A stretch of 64,000 nucleotides of DNA from a bacterium. Its GTDB lineage: Bacteria; Bacteroidota; Ignavibacteria; UBA10030. The notes beneath the pieces were generated by a model that saw only the letters and a program-made list of their open reading frames with translations, made no database searches and was not told the origin of the DNA. Below are positions 20,446-31,246 of the stretch, one piece after another. Made by a program: the position numbers and the translations under genes. The DNA is taken from NCBI GenBank assembly GCA_043803945.1, contig JAZDJN010000034.1, positions 3,190-67,189 of the forward strand, given 5' to 3'. Positions within the stretch are counted from its first letter, which is position 1; every line of letters begins with the position of its first letter.

Positions 20446-21108
20446 CTACTCAAGAAAGACCTTGGCTGAGGGACAGAGTTTTATAACAGCACATTGAGAG
20501 CATAAAGGTTTCCGCGCCCCGCAAACTCTCCGTCCATGCCAGATCAGTAAATTCCCAAAGTCATACCATTCTTTTTCGGGAATGAGTGCCATAAGATCTT
20601 GCTCTATCTTTTCCGGATCATCATGCTGTGACAATCCTATTCGCTGGGATAACCGGTTGACATGGGTATCCACGACGACGCCTGAGTTTATTCCAAACGC
20701 ACCGCCGAGTACGCAATTGGCGGTCTTTCTGCCGACTCCGGCAAGTTCTATTAGCTGCTCCATGGAATTGGGGACTCTGCTATTGTGGTGGTCTACCAGT
20801 GCTTTGCAGCAGGCGATGATATTCTTCGCTTTATTTTTGTAAAATCCAGTCGAACGGATGTCCTGTTCGAGGATTGCTGGATTTGCAGCAGCATAGTCCT
20901 TTGCGGTTTTGTATTTTTTAAACAATTCAGCCGTCACGATATTTACGCGCACATCGGTACATTGCGCTGAAAGCATGACGGCAACAAGTAATTCCAGAGG
21001 ATTCGAAAAGTTGAGTTCAACCCTGCAATCCGGATACTCTTTCCGAAGTGCAGTGATCATTTTTTTTACCCTTTGCTTCTTCCCTGCAATACTTTCGTGG
21101 TTCTCCAT
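20446..21108 (-). CDS. nth: Endonuclease III
   Basis: HhH-GPD (LIELAGVGRKTANCVL) and a C-terminal C-x6-C-x2-C-x5-C Fe-S cluster loop. Confidence 0.85.
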   Translation of the reverse strand: MENHESIAGKKQRVKKMITALRKEYPDCRVELNFSNPLELLVAVMLSAQCTDVRVNIVTAELFKKYKTAKDYAAANPAILEQDIRSTGFYKNKAKNIIACCKALVDHHNSRVPNSMEQLIELAGVGRKTANCVLGGAFGINSGVVVDTHVNRLSQRIGLSQHDDPEKIEQDLMALIPEKEWYDFGNLLIWHGRRVCGARKPLCSQCAVIKLCPSAKVFLE

Positions 21109-21117
21109 CCTCTTCTC

Positions 21118-22881
21118 TCATTTACCTTTAGAATTTTTTAAACTTTGGAGATACTTCGTGAGAACGTTTGCATTCCAGGTATTCACGACATCTTTCGCTT
21201 CTAACCAGCCCTTTCGAGCGATTCCGACACCAAATCTGACATCCTGCAATCCAATGATCTCGTGAGCATCGGGATTGATATAGATGGGCACGTGTTTTTC
21301 CTTGGCATACCGTAGAAAGCGCCAGTCGAGATCCAGTCTCATGGGATGTGAATTGATTTCAATGCCTTTGCCATAATCCGACGCCGCATTAATAACTTCG
21401 ATAAGGTTTACAGGATAACCTTCTCGCGCAAGGAGTAGTCGACCGGTTGGATGGCCAAGAAAAGTTACATATTTATTTTTGAGTGCTTGAATAATCCTCT
21501 TTGTCGCTTCGACCTCGGTCATGGTGAACTTGCTGTGGATCGAGGCAACGACATAATCGAAGGAGGAAAGAAGTTTGTCGGGATAATCCAGGGAACCATC
21601 AACCAGAATATCGCATTCTGTTCCGGTAAAAATTCTGAAATCTTTCTGCTTCTCATTAAGAGAATCGATTCCCTCCAGTTGCTCTCTCACACGATCTGGC
21701 GATAAACCCCCGGCATAGACTGCGGACTGGCTATGATCTGCGATACCGAGATATTCCCAGCCAAGTTGTTTTGCTGCTTGAGCCATTTCCTCAAGCGAAT
21801 TGATGCCATCGCTCACATTTGTATGACAATGGAGAGTTCCGCGGATATCTGCATATTCGATTAACCGGGGAATCTTGCTCTCGCGTGCGATATCAACCTC
21901 TCCCATGTTTTCACGCAGCTCAGGAGGGATATAATGTAATTCTAAAGCGTGATAGATTTCCTTCTCATCTCGACATTTCGGAAGTGTGCGTGCGTCAATT
22001 TTTTTCTTTTTCTCCTCGATGGCAGTGAATCCATATTCGTTCAGGCTCCAACCGAATTTCCGTGCAAGTGAGCGGAGTTCCACATTATGTTCTTTACTGC
22101 CGGTAAAGTAGTGCAAGGCGAAGGGGTACTCCGCTTCTTTCACAATTCGAAGATCGCAAGGAATCCCACCTCGTAGAATGACACTGGATTTTGTTTCTCC
22201 GCGAGCCGTGATCGTTTCTACTTCGGGGCGTGTCGTGAAAAACTCCATGATGGTTGTACGGTCATCATCATCGGCCGCAGCAACGATATCGATATCGCCG
22301 ATGATCTCCTTCCTCCTCCTGAGGCTTCCGGCAATTTCGCATCGAATAATTTCTTTCCGTTTCGAGAGGCTGGAAAATATTTTATCGGCAATTTCTTTTG
22401 CCTTGGGAAAGAGATGCTTATCAGCAACCCGACTAAGCAATTCAATGCCTTTAAGGATATTTTCTTCCGTTTTGACTCCAAATCCGTCCAGATTAGCAAC
22501 GCGATGGAGGGAGCAGGCCTTCTTGAGTTCTGTGATCGTGGAAATTTTGAGATTTTCATGAAGAATTTTTATTCTCTTTGGACCTAATCCTTGGATGCGA
22601 ATCATCTCGAGCAAACCTGCAGGCACAGATGCTTTAAGCGCAAGATGCTCTTTCGATTTTCCCATAATCACCAATTCTGAAATAACCTTTGCCAGCCCTT
22701 CCCCAATCCCTTTGATCTCCTTAATCTTCTCGGATTCCACCAGGGTGGGGAGATCTTCCCGCAGAGTTGAAATGATTCTCGCAGCGTTGTGAAATGCGCG
22801 GGCTTTGAAAATGTTCTCACCCTTCAGTTCAAGAAGGATTCCCATTTCTTCCAGTATTTCAGAAACTTGTTTTTTATCCAT
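21118..22881 (-). CDS. DNA polymerase X family with C-terminal PHP 3'-5' exonuclease/phosphoesterase domain
   Basis: PolX N-terminal 8-kDa/fingers ([23 protein letters not shown]), catalytic [16 protein letters not shown], and a PHP domain ([10 protein letters not shown]). Confidence 0.85.
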   Translation of the reverse strand: MDKKQVSEILEEMGILLELKGENIFKARAFHNAARIISTLREDLPTLVESEKIKEIKGIGEGLAKVISELVIMGKSKEHLALKASVPAGLLEMIRIQGLGPKRIKILHENLKISTITELKKACSLHRVANLDGFGVKTEENILKGIELLSRVADKHLFPKAKEIADKIFSSLSKRKEIIRCEIAGSLRRRKEIIGDIDIVAAADDDDRTTIMEFFTTRPEVETITARGETKSSVILRGGIPCDLRIVKEAEYPFALHYFTGSKEHNVELRSLARKFGWSLNEYGFTAIEEKKKKIDARTLPKCRDEKEIYHALELHYIPPELRENMGEVDIARESKIPRLIEYADIRGTLHCHTNVSDGINSLEEMAQAAKQLGWEYLGIADHSQSAVYAGGLSPDRVREQLEGIDSLNEKQKDFRIFTGTECDILVDGSLDYPDKLLSSFDYVVASIHSKFTMTEVEATKRIIQALKNKYVTFLGHPTGRLLLAREGYPVNLIEVINAASDYGKGIEINSHPMRLDLDWRFLRYAKEKHVPIYINPDAHEIIGLQDVRFGVGIARKGWLEAKDVVNTWNANVLTKYLQSLKNSKGK

Positions 22882-22884
22882 TGT

Positions 22885-23880
22885 TTAGAGCTGCACCGAC
22901 AGAGTCAGTTCTTCAGCTTTGAGCTGATCAACGTAATGAGTAAGTTTTTCCACAATTGGCTCGAAGACGATATACTGCATTAACTCCAGTCTCAGTTTTG
23001 CGTTATTTGGCATCCCTTTAAGGTAACCAGAATAGTATTTCCGGAACTCGATCACTGCTCTCCGTTCACCTTTTGCCTCAACAGATAAGCGTAAATGTTC
23101 CAAAAGGATACTCAGTTTTTCATCAATAGTCGGTTCAGGTTGTAATGCACCATGAGCGAGATAAAACTTTATCTGATTGAATATCCAGGGATTATCAATT
23201 GCTGCCCTGCCAATCATGATTCCATCGCAGCCCGTGTTCTCAAAAACTTGTTTGGCATGTTCTGGAGTACCAATACTTCCGTTGACGATAATGGGAATCG
23301 AAACACTTTGCTTAACTTTTTCAATCCAGGAATAATCGGGATCACCTTTATGCCCTTGATCCCTCGTACGGCAGTGGATGGTCAACATGCTAACACCGTT
23401 TTGCTCGAGCATTTTTGCCACATTTACGATATTGATGTTTGCTTCATCCCAGCCGAGTCTGGTTTTAACACTCACAGGAAGCACAACAGCTTTTACAACT
23501 GCGGAGACAATACGCTCCATTCGGGGTAAATCTTTTAATAAACCTGCTCCAGCTCCCCTCAGAGCGACATCTTTCACCCAGCAGCCGCAATTGATATCAA
23601 TGAAATCTGGTGAGTAGCTCTCGGCAATGCATGCTGCATTTCCCATTGAATTTTCAGATGCACCATAGATTTGAATCCCAAAAGGACGTTCTTCTTCCAT
23701 GAATAGCATTTTTTTTCTAGTCTTACTAGATTCTCTGACCAGTCCTTCTGCATTCACAAATTCAGTAAAGAGAATATCAGCACCCAGGCGTTTACAAATT
23801 ATCCGGAATGGCGTATCAGACACATCCTCCATGGGCGCCAGTGTGATTGGATTCAATATTTCATGTCTACCAAGTTTCAT
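22885..23880 (-). CDS. dusB: tRNA-dihydrouridine synthase
   Basis: LAPMEDVSDTPFR, DINCGCW (catalytic Cys), FMN-binding TIM-barrel motifs. Confidence 0.8.
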   Translation of the reverse strand: MKLGRHEILNPITLAPMEDVSDTPFRIICKRLGADILFTEFVNAEGLVRESSKTRKKMLFMEEERPFGIQIYGASENSMGNAACIAESYSPDFIDINCGCWVKDVALRGAGAGLLKDLPRMERIVSAVVKAVVLPVSVKTRLGWDEANINIVNVAKMLEQNGVSMLTIHCRTRDQGHKGDPDYSWIEKVKQSVSIPIIVNGSIGTPEHAKQVFENTGCDGIMIGRAAIDNPWIFNQIKFYLAHGALQPEPTIDEKLSILLEHLRLSVEAKGERRAVIEFRKYYSGYLKGMPNNAKLRLELMQYIVFEPIVEKLTHYVDQLKAEELTLSVQL

Positions 23881-23919
23881 AAATTTTTTGTATTAACTCT
23901 AATAAAACAATACTTTTAG

Positions 23920-24951
23920 TTATGCTGATTCAATGTGTCGTACAAGAGCATTCGCCATTTCAATCGTACCTACAAAAGCTAATGGATTCAAATCTTTTGT
24001 GACTTCCTTGCCATCCCGAACAATCTCGGCAACAGCAGCTTTGATCTTCTTTGCCGCATTGAGCTCCCCCATGTGTTCAAGCATCATGGCAGAGGCCAGA
24101 ATTAAGGCGCTTGGATTTGCAAGATTTTGACCTGCGATGTCGGGAGCACTACCATGAACGGCCTCGAATATTGAGGTGTTATCCCCGATGTTTGCACCCG
24201 GAGCTAAACCGAGTCCGCCAACCAGGCCTGAACAGAGGTCAGATAAGATGTCACCAAAGAGATTTGTCGTAACGATAACATCGAATTGCTCTGGTTTCAT
24301 GACAAGTTGCATTGCCATATTATCGATAATTCTATCATTACATTCGACTTCTGGAAATTCCTCAGCAATTTTTCTACCCACATCCAAGAAGAGGCCACCG
24401 GTATACTTTAAAATATTAGCCTTGTGGACGATTGTAACCTTTTTTCTGCCATGGGACCGTGCATATTGGAACGCTGCTCTTAATATCCGCTCACACCCAA
24501 ACCTTGTTACAACACCGATTGTCTCTGCTGCGCTTTTCTTATTATCGATGTAATGCTCAATACCAGAATAAAACTCCTCAGTATTTTCTCGAAAGACAAT
24601 AAGATCTATATTATTATAAAAGGATTTAATCCCAATCATTGACTTAGCAGGTCGAAGATTAATGTAGAGATCAAATTCTTTTCTGAGCGCTACGTTGACG
24701 CTACGGAAGCCGGAACCGATAGGTGTTGTCAAAGGACCTTTGAGGGCAATTTTGGTGGAGTTGATTGAGTCTAGAACTTTCTGCGGAAGTGGATCTTTGA
24801 ATTTTTCAATTGCCGCAACTCCCGCCTCTTGAAAATCCCAATCGATTTTTACCCCCGTTGCATCAATAACGCGTCGAGCAGCTGTTGATATATCCGGGCC
24901 GATCCCATCACCAGGAATCATTGTTATAGAATACATAGAGCCATACCTCAC
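23920..24951 (-). CDS. Isocitrate/isopropylmalate dehydrogenase family, most like NAD-dependent isocitrate (or homoisocitrate) dehydrogenase
   Basis: IPGDGIGPDIS, LKGPLTTPIGSGFRSVNVALRKEFDLYINLRP, NLFGDILSDL family signature; 343 aa. Confidence 0.6.
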   Translation of the reverse strand: MRYGSMYSITMIPGDGIGPDISTAARRVIDATGVKIDWDFQEAGVAAIEKFKDPLPQKVLDSINSTKIALKGPLTTPIGSGFRSVNVALRKEFDLYINLRPAKSMIGIKSFYNNIDLIVFRENTEEFYSGIEHYIDNKKSAAETIGVVTRFGCERILRAAFQYARSHGRKKVTIVHKANILKYTGGLFLDVGRKIAEEFPEVECNDRIIDNMAMQLVMKPEQFDVIVTTNLFGDILSDLCSGLVGGLGLAPGANIGDNTSIFEAVHGSAPDIAGQNLANPSALILASAMMLEHMGELNAAKKIKAAVAEIVRDGKEVTKDLNPLAFVGTIEMANALVRHIESA

Positions 24952-25068
24952 ATTATTTCATTAAAAATATAGGAAAACTCGTCTGGACATACAACAATCC
25001 GAAGATAGCAAACAGTTTCAAGAACTATAATGCAGATATTTCGAAAAGGTGTCTAAAGGTCAATGATA

Positions 25069-26610
25069 TCAAATATTATAGAAACTCCTATCGAGACTCC
25101 GATATTGGATTGCCTCACTGAGATGTTCAGGCAGTATTTGCTCTGAGTTACTCAAATCGGCAATAGTACGCGATACCTTTAGAATCCTATCATAAGCTCT
25201 CGCAGATAGACCCAACTTAGTCATCGCCATTTTTAATAGATCTTGACAATTACTATTGATTTGGCAGTATTTTCTTAGATCTTTTGGATCCATGTCGGCA
25301 TTACAAAATCTGCCTCTTTCGCCACCAAACCTTACTGCCTGAATTTTTCTTGCATCTTCTACACGATCACGTATGAGAGATGATGATTCGCCTCCTCTCT
25401 TCGATGACAGATCTCCATATTTAACGGCCGGTACATCAACATGGATATCTATTCTATCGAGAAGTGGACCTGAAATTTTTCCCATATACTTCTGAATCTG
25501 AATTGGATTACATGCACAATCTTGATTTGGATTCCCGAAATTGCCACACGGACAAGGATTCATTGCGCACACAAGCATGAAGTTTGCCGGATACTCTATA
25601 GTTAACTTTGACCGACTAATAGTAACTCTGTTGTCTTCAAGTGGTTGCCGCAATACCTCTAATACATTCCGTGCGAATTCTGGAAGTTCGTCCAGGAACA
25701 AGACACCATGATGAGCTAGCGAAATTTCGCCTGGCCGTGGAATTGTTCCCCCTCCAACTAATGCCGAATCAGAAATTGTATGATGCGGGGAACGGAATGG
25801 ACGCATGGTTATCAAAGCAGTGTTTGGAGGTAACAATCCAGCAACTGAGTGAATTTTTGTTGTTTCCAACGCTTCTTCAAATGTGAGGGATGGCAGTATT
25901 CCAGGAAGACGCTTTGCCAACATAGTTTTTCCTGAACCTGGAGGACCAATAAGAATAATATTGTGGCCTCCGGCAGCGGCAACTTCCATAGCACGCTTTA
26001 CATTATCTTGTCCTTTGACATCTGAAAAATCAATCATCTCAGATGTTAGACGATTAAAAACCATTTCAATATCGACAGTTGTTGGTATTCTATTGTTACA
26101 TCCGCTCAATAGTAATTCCACTGTGTCCTGTAATGAATTAACTGCAAACACATCAATTCCTTTAACAAGAGCTGCTTCGGATGCATTTACTTCCGGAAGA
26201 ATAATCCCTTTGAATCCTTTTATTTTTGCTTCCATCGAGATAACAAGTGCACCCCGAATTGGCCGCAATGTTCCATCCAATGCAAGCTCACCAAGTATAA
26301 CATAGTTATCTGAAATTTCTGAAAATAGTTGTTCGGAAGATCCTAAAACACCCAGCGCTATCGGCAGGTCAAATGCAGATCCTTCTTTTCTTATATCAGC
26401 GGGAGCTAGATTGACTGTAATACGATGAAATGGAAATCTGAAGCCGGAGTTTTTTATCGCTGCAAGAACACGCTCACTGCTTTCCCTTACTGCACTATCC
26501 GGTAAGCCAACAATGAAAAACTTGAACAGGGTACGTTCAATGTGTGTCTCAACATCGATAATTGAGGCATTAATCCCAAGAGTTGTACCGCTCACGAAAT
26601 GAGAGAACAT
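25069..26610 (-). CDS. YifB/ComM-family Mg-chelatase-like AAA+ ATPase
   Basis: Lon-like N-domain, Walker [10 protein letters not shown]-terminal Mg-chelatase domain; 513 aa. Confidence 0.85.
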   Translation of the reverse strand: MFSHFVSGTTLGINASIIDVETHIERTLFKFFIVGLPDSAVRESSERVLAAIKNSGFRFPFHRITVNLAPADIRKEGSAFDLPIALGVLGSSEQLFSEISDNYVILGELALDGTLRPIRGALVISMEAKIKGFKGIILPEVNASEAALVKGIDVFAVNSLQDTVELLLSGCNNRIPTTVDIEMVFNRLTSEMIDFSDVKGQDNVKRAMEVAAAGGHNIILIGPPGSGKTMLAKRLPGILPSLTFEEALETTKIHSVAGLLPPNTALITMRPFRSPHHTISDSALVGGGTIPRPGEISLAHHGVLFLDELPEFARNVLEVLRQPLEDNRVTISRSKLTIEYPANFMLVCAMNPCPCGNFGNPNQDCACNPIQIQKYMGKISGPLLDRIDIHVDVPAVKYGDLSSKRGGESSSLIRDRVEDARKIQAVRFGGERGRFCNADMDPKDLRKYCQINSNCQDLLKMAMTKLGLSARAYDRILKVSRTIADLSNSEQILPEHLSEAIQYRSLDRSFYNI

Positions 26611-26626
26611 AACAACCTCTAAAGAT

Positions 26627-26659
26627 AGAGATCAGTGTATTGGCACACTGATCATCTCT
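26627..26659 (-). terminator. Hairpin (agagatcagtgt ... acactgatcatctct) between the nuoI stop and the comM start
   Basis: Inverted repeat of about 12 bp read directly; weak T-tract. Confidence 0.35.
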
Positions 26660-26699
26660 GGTGCTTTGCATTTATGTACTAGGATAAAGACGCTTCGCT

Positions 26700-27200
26700 T
26701 TAACGGTGCTGACGAAGGAATTTCAAACGATCTCTGAGTTTCTCGGCAGGCGTTAGCAGCTTATCCTTTCCAAACACTGCTTCTTCCTGACTATTAAAAA
26801 CGAGTTCGTACTCTTTACTCATAATGATGGCTTCTTCCGGACAAACCTCTTCACAGAATCCGCAAAAAATGCAACGAACCATGTTGATTTCGAACTTCTC
26901 CGGATACCGTTCCTTCTCCAACTCTGTTTCTGACGCTTGAACTTCGATGGCAAGAGCAGGACATACTCGAGAACACAAACCGCACGCAACACATCTCTCA
27001 ACACCGTTCTCTTCAACCAGTACCGGGCGACCTCTGAAGGAACCTTCTGGTTTAAATCGTTCTTCAGGATAGTTATAGGTAAATTTCGGTTTGAAGATTT
27101 GAGAGATTGTCAGTTTTAATCCCTTAAGAATTTCAACGATGTAAAGTAACTGAGTTATTGTCAGGTCTTTTTTACGAATTATTTTCCTTTTCTCTTCCAT
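26700..27200 (-). CDS. nuoI: NADH-quinone oxidoreductase subunit I
   Basis: Two CxxCxxCxxxCP 4Fe-4S motifs (CVACGLCSRVCP, CIFCGFCEEVCP). Confidence 0.85.
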   Translation of the reverse strand: MEEKRKIIRKKDLTITQLLYIVEILKGLKLTISQIFKPKFTYNYPEERFKPEGSFRGRPVLVEENGVERCVACGLCSRVCPALAIEVQASETELEKERYPEKFEINMVRCIFCGFCEEVCPEEAIIMSKEYELVFNSQEEAVFGKDKLLTPAEKLRDRLKFLRQHR

Positions 27201-27224
27201 AGCTCTCGAATCGCGCTCCGCAGT

Positions 27225-28265
27225 TCAACCTATGAGTAGGATGATAAGTCCGGTAACGAGAATATTTGCAATCGTCACCGGAAGCATCCACTTCCATCCA
27301 AGATTCATTAATTGATCGTAACGGAATCGTGGAAGTGTCCAACGAACAATGATAAAAAATATCAAGACGATGAAGACTTTCGTCATAAAAGTTGCAATCT
27401 GAGCAAGGCTTAGGACAAATCCAGAAAGCCCTAACTGTTCAATATAAGGGAAATGCCACCCTCCTAAAAACAGCGTTACAATGATGGCGCTCGATGTGAT
27501 CATATTGGCATATTCAGCAAGAAAAAATAAACCAAACTTCAGTCCAGAGTATTCTGTGTGATAGCCTGCGACCAATTCGGGCTCTGCTTCCGGTAAGTCA
27601 AATGGCAGTCTATTTGTTTCAGCAAACGCAGCAATGAAGAAGGTGATAAACGCTACAGGTTGCAGAAAGATATTCCAGGCAGGAAACCATCCCCCCAGAT
27701 AGACAGTTTGTTTTTCCACAATTTGATCCAATTGGAGTGTACCGCTTACGAGAATTACTCCAATGATAGAGAGCCCCATGGACAATTCATAACTTATCAT
27801 CTGAGCGGAGGAACGCATTCCACCAAGAAGTGAATACTTATTGTTCGAGGACCATCCTGCCAGAGTAATTCCATAAACACCAAGCGATGTAAGCGCAAGA
27901 ACGTAGAGTATCCCGACATTGACATCGGCTACCATCAGACGAATGGATCGGCCAAACAGTTCTATTGTTGTTCCGAAAGGGACAACGGCAAATGTACTGA
28001 GTGAAACAGCAATAGCCACAATGGGGGCAAGGTCGTGAATCGGTTTATAAGCGTTCTTCGGTACGATATCTTCCTTCAGGAGAAGTTTTACCACATCCGC
28101 CACGCATTGCAGGAGGCCATAGGGACCAACCCTATTAGGACCGACTCTGTTTTGGATAAATGCAGAAATTCTCCTCTCGAGATATACAAGGATAATAACG
28201 GCTGTGAGCACCGTCAGGATAAACAGTACAACTTTTATTGCCGCTTCAATGATTATCTCATTCAT
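27225..28265 (-). CDS. nuoH: NADH-quinone oxidoreductase subunit H
   Basis: Polytopic membrane protein with conserved NuoH/ND1 motifs (RVGPNRVGPYGLLQ, AEYANM). Confidence 0.9.
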   Translation of the reverse strand: MNEIIIEAAIKVVLFILTVLTAVIILVYLERRISAFIQNRVGPNRVGPYGLLQCVADVVKLLLKEDIVPKNAYKPIHDLAPIVAIAVSLSTFAVVPFGTTIELFGRSIRLMVADVNVGILYVLALTSLGVYGITLAGWSSNNKYSLLGGMRSSAQMISYELSMGLSIIGVILVSGTLQLDQIVEKQTVYLGGWFPAWNIFLQPVAFITFFIAAFAETNRLPFDLPEAEPELVAGYHTEYSGLKFGLFFLAEYANMITSSAIIVTLFLGGWHFPYIEQLGLSGFVLSLAQIATFMTKVFIVLIFFIIVRWTLPRFRYDQLMNLGWKWMLPVTIANILVTGLIILLIG

Positions 28266-29950
28266 ACGTTCACCATCGAAGCTGATTTTTGTTGACTCAC
28301 CATGATTTGACAGCCTTTATTTCCCAATTTGCTGTACGAGATGCCCTTATAGGCCGGGACACGTTCAGTAATTTCTCTAAAGACTTCTTCTGCTGCAGTG
28401 TACTTCATTTTACCACCAAGTGCATTTGCGATGGATGAAATGATTCTCCAGGATCCACGTGCATCCCGCTTCAACGGTCTTCCCCATCTGTCATTCTGCG
28501 ATGAAAATTTATCCCAACGGCTCTGTTCATACCCTTCCAACACTCGATCATGCTCAATGGTAGCAACGGCAGGACGTATGCGCTGCACGTGTCCGTTTAA
28601 ATTAGTAAACGTTCCATTCTTTTCGGCATACGTCGCTGAGGAGAGCACAATATTTGCCAGTGCAGTGGTGGCATTCCGTGTGGATGAATGGACGATGAGA
28701 AGCTCCAAATTTGGCAACACTTCCGCGATTTGCGGAATGAGAGCAATGTTATCATCCAGCACATACAGAGCGCGGATGGTGTTATTCTCTATTCCTCTGA
28801 TGATCGAGGAGAGATTAAATCCTTCTTCTACAGGTTTGACTCCCATCTGCTTTGCACCAGTGTTATTCGGAGTCTTATCCGACGTAATGAGGAAATTATC
28901 ACGGCTTTCCAGAACTATATGAGGAATGAGATCGATGAACTTTGTCCCCAGAATATCCTTCATCAATTTCTGGAACAGATAGTTTTCTTCATTCGTCGCA
29001 TACGGAGATCCTATCCCCGCTATTTCGTGTTTCTTAAAAGACCGAAGCTCGGAGACCGCTTGCGAGATGGCTTCGTCCCAACCAACTTCAACAAGTTTAT
29101 CATCCTTACGGAGGAGAGGCCCGCTGAGCCGCTCTTCATTATTGACAAACTTAAAGGTATCCAGCCGCCCTGAATCACACATCCAGTAAGAGTTGACCTG
29201 ATCGTTAACGCGGGGCGTTATCCGCAAGATAGTATTGTTGCGGACCCAGATATTAGTATTACAGCCTCTTGAGCATCCTATGCATACGCTATCGGTGGAG
29301 GACATTTCCCACACCCGCGCTTTGAATCTGAAGTCAGCGCTCGTCAATGCTCCGACTGGGCAAAGCTCAACCACATTCATCGAATACTGATTGTCTAGCT
29401 GCATTCCTGGAAATGTGGCTAATTCCACATGCGTACCGCGCTGAACGAACGTCAACACCGGTTGCCTGGCGATTTCATCCGAGAATCGGATGCATCGCGA
29501 ACACATGATACAACGCTCGACGTCGAGCATCACATTGGGTCCAAGCGGCACACGTTTTGGCTTATGGACCTTATCTTCATCGAATCGACTGGAGCCAGTG
29601 CTGTGTTTATAAGAATAATCCTGCAACTTACATTCCCCTGCCTCATCACAGATCGGGCAATCCAATGGGTGATTAATCAGAAGAAATTCCATTACAGCTT
29701 TGCGTGCATCGAGGACGCGTTCATTTTGGGTCTTTACGACCATCCCCTCCGAAACTTGTGTTGCACAGGCAATGACGAGTTTCGGCATTTTCTCAACCTC
29801 AACGAGGCACATTCTGCAATTGCCCGAGACAGAGAGTTTTGGATGCCAGCAGAAATGCGGAATCTCAATGCCGTGCTGCGCCGCTGCCTGTATGATGGTC
29901 AGCTTTGGATCGACTTCAATCGTTTTTCCATCAATAGTAATTTTTGCCAT
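28262..29950 (-). CDS. nuoG: NADH-quinone oxidoreductase subunit G (short form, 562 aa)
   Basis: N-terminal 2Fe-2S (CWHP...CRMC), HPLDCPICDEAGEC, CIMCSRCIRF, then a molybdopterin-oxidoreductase-like domain. Confidence 0.8.
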   Translation of the reverse strand: MAKITIDGKTIEVDPKLTIIQAAAQHGIEIPHFCWHPKLSVSGNCRMCLVEVEKMPKLVIACATQVSEGMVVKTQNERVLDARKAVMEFLLINHPLDCPICDEAGECKLQDYSYKHSTGSSRFDEDKVHKPKRVPLGPNVMLDVERCIMCSRCIRFSDEIARQPVLTFVQRGTHVELATFPGMQLDNQYSMNVVELCPVGALTSADFRFKARVWEMSSTDSVCIGCSRGCNTNIWVRNNTILRITPRVNDQVNSYWMCDSGRLDTFKFVNNEERLSGPLLRKDDKLVEVGWDEAISQAVSELRSFKKHEIAGIGSPYATNEENYLFQKLMKDILGTKFIDLIPHIVLESRDNFLITSDKTPNNTGAKQMGVKPVEEGFNLSSIIRGIENNTIRALYVLDDNIALIPQIAEVLPNLELLIVHSSTRNATTALANIVLSSATYAEKNGTFTNLNGHVQRIRPAVATIEHDRVLEGYEQSRWDKFSSQNDRWGRPLKRDARGSWRIISSIANALGGKMKYTAAEEVFREITERVPAYKGISYSKLGNKGCQIMVSQQKSASMVNV

Positions 29951-29974
29951 TGCTACCGCTGCTTGCCAGTTATA

Positions 29975-31216
29975 TTAAAATAATTTGTTATACGCTTCCA
30001 ATGCATGCTTGAGAATGTTCAGAGATTTCTTCAAATCCTCGCTCTTCAACATGAATGCTATTCTGACTTCGTTCGTTCCCTTTCCGGGCGTTGCATAGAA
30101 ACCCTGAGCGGGTGCGAGGAGCACAGTTTCTCCTTGGTGTTCATAATCCTGAATAAGCCACTTGGCAAAGTGTTCCGAATCCTTTACAGGTAATCCGATC
30201 ACAATATAAAACGCCCCTTCAGGTTTATAGTACGTCACACCAGGGATTTCCTTTAATCCTTGAAACACAACATCTCGCCGCTGCCGGAATTCCTCCACAA
30301 TGGGCTGAACGTACTTTGGCGAATCTTCGAGGAGAGGGATCAATGCTAGTTGTTCGATGGAAGCAACCGAGAGCCGTGCCATGCCCATCTTGAGTGCTGA
30401 ATGAACAATTTCCTTATTGTGACTGACCAATGTACCGATTCTTGCTCCGCAGACATTAAATCGCTTTGATGAGCTATCAAGCATGATTGCCTGCTGCACA
30501 ATCTCGGGAAAGCTCATCACTCCACATCGCTCGCCTTCATAAGCGAATTCACGATACACCTCGTCTGAAAGCAGAAATAAATTATGCTGCTTTACAATTG
30601 CGACTAGCGAATGCATCTCTGCTTTTGTTAAGACGGTTCCTGTCGGGTTGGCAGGATTACAGATTAATATTGCCTTTGACCTTGGCGTAATCTCCTTTTC
30701 AATTTCTGCAGTTGAAGGAAGATGGAATCCATTCTCGATCGCGAGTGAAAGCGGACGCAATTTGACATTGGCGATGCTTGCGAATCCATTGTAATTGGTA
30801 TAGAACGGTTCGAAGACGATAATTTCATCACCGGTGTCGCACACTGCACACATTGCAAAGATGATCGCTTCAGAACCACCTGTTGTAATAATGATTTCAC
30901 TCTCATCCACCTCAATACCGAGGTGTTGGTAGTAAGTTTTCCAGGCCTTCAGCGCTTGAGGGAGACCATTCGAGGGTGCGTATGCCAGTGTGGAGAGGCG
31001 TAACTGCTGTATGGTTTCAAAGACCACAGGATGGGTTGGCAAATCAGGCTGTCCGATATTAAGATGAAAAACCTTGATGCCGGTTTTCTTCCGGGCTTCT
31101 GCTACGGCAGCGAGTTTCCGAATCGGTGAGCCTTGCATCGTACGAGCCCGTTCAGAAATTGCGATGTTCCTCTCAATGTCCATGGAAACCACTTCATTTT
31201 CCTGTACTGCTGCCAT
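29975..31216 (-). CDS. Class I/II PLP-dependent aminotransferase (aspartate-aminotransferase-like)
   Basis: Fold-type I aminotransferase layout with an SSSKRF PLP-lysine region; 413 aa. Confidence 0.8.
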   Translation of the reverse strand: MAAVQENEVVSMDIERNIAISERARTMQGSPIRKLAAVAEARKKTGIKVFHLNIGQPDLPTHPVVFETIQQLRLSTLAYAPSNGLPQALKAWKTYYQHLGIEVDESEIIITTGGSEAIIFAMCAVCDTGDEIIVFEPFYTNYNGFASIANVKLRPLSLAIENGFHLPSTAEIEKEITPRSKAILICNPANPTGTVLTKAEMHSLVAIVKQHNLFLLSDEVYREFAYEGERCGVMSFPEIVQQAIMLDSSSKRFNVCGARIGTLVSHNKEIVHSALKMGMARLSVASIEQLALIPLLEDSPKYVQPIVEEFRQRRDVVFQGLKEIPGVTYYKPEGAFYIVIGLPVKDSEHFAKWLIQDYEHQGETVLLAPAQGFYATPGKGTNEVRIAFMLKSEDLKKSLNILKHALEAYNKLF

Positions 31217-31246
31217 AATCCTTATTCCTTCTGCACGTAGGTACGA

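Noticed and set aside
28398-29983. Several long antisense ORFs (174, 161, 184, 92 aa) inside nuoG
   Set aside because: They lie opposite a strongly supported conserved gene, have no motifs and serine/arginine-rich translations typical of antisense frames of coding DNA. Similar antisense ORFs inside other genes (for example 13073..13453 and 22178..22561) were rejected for the same reason.
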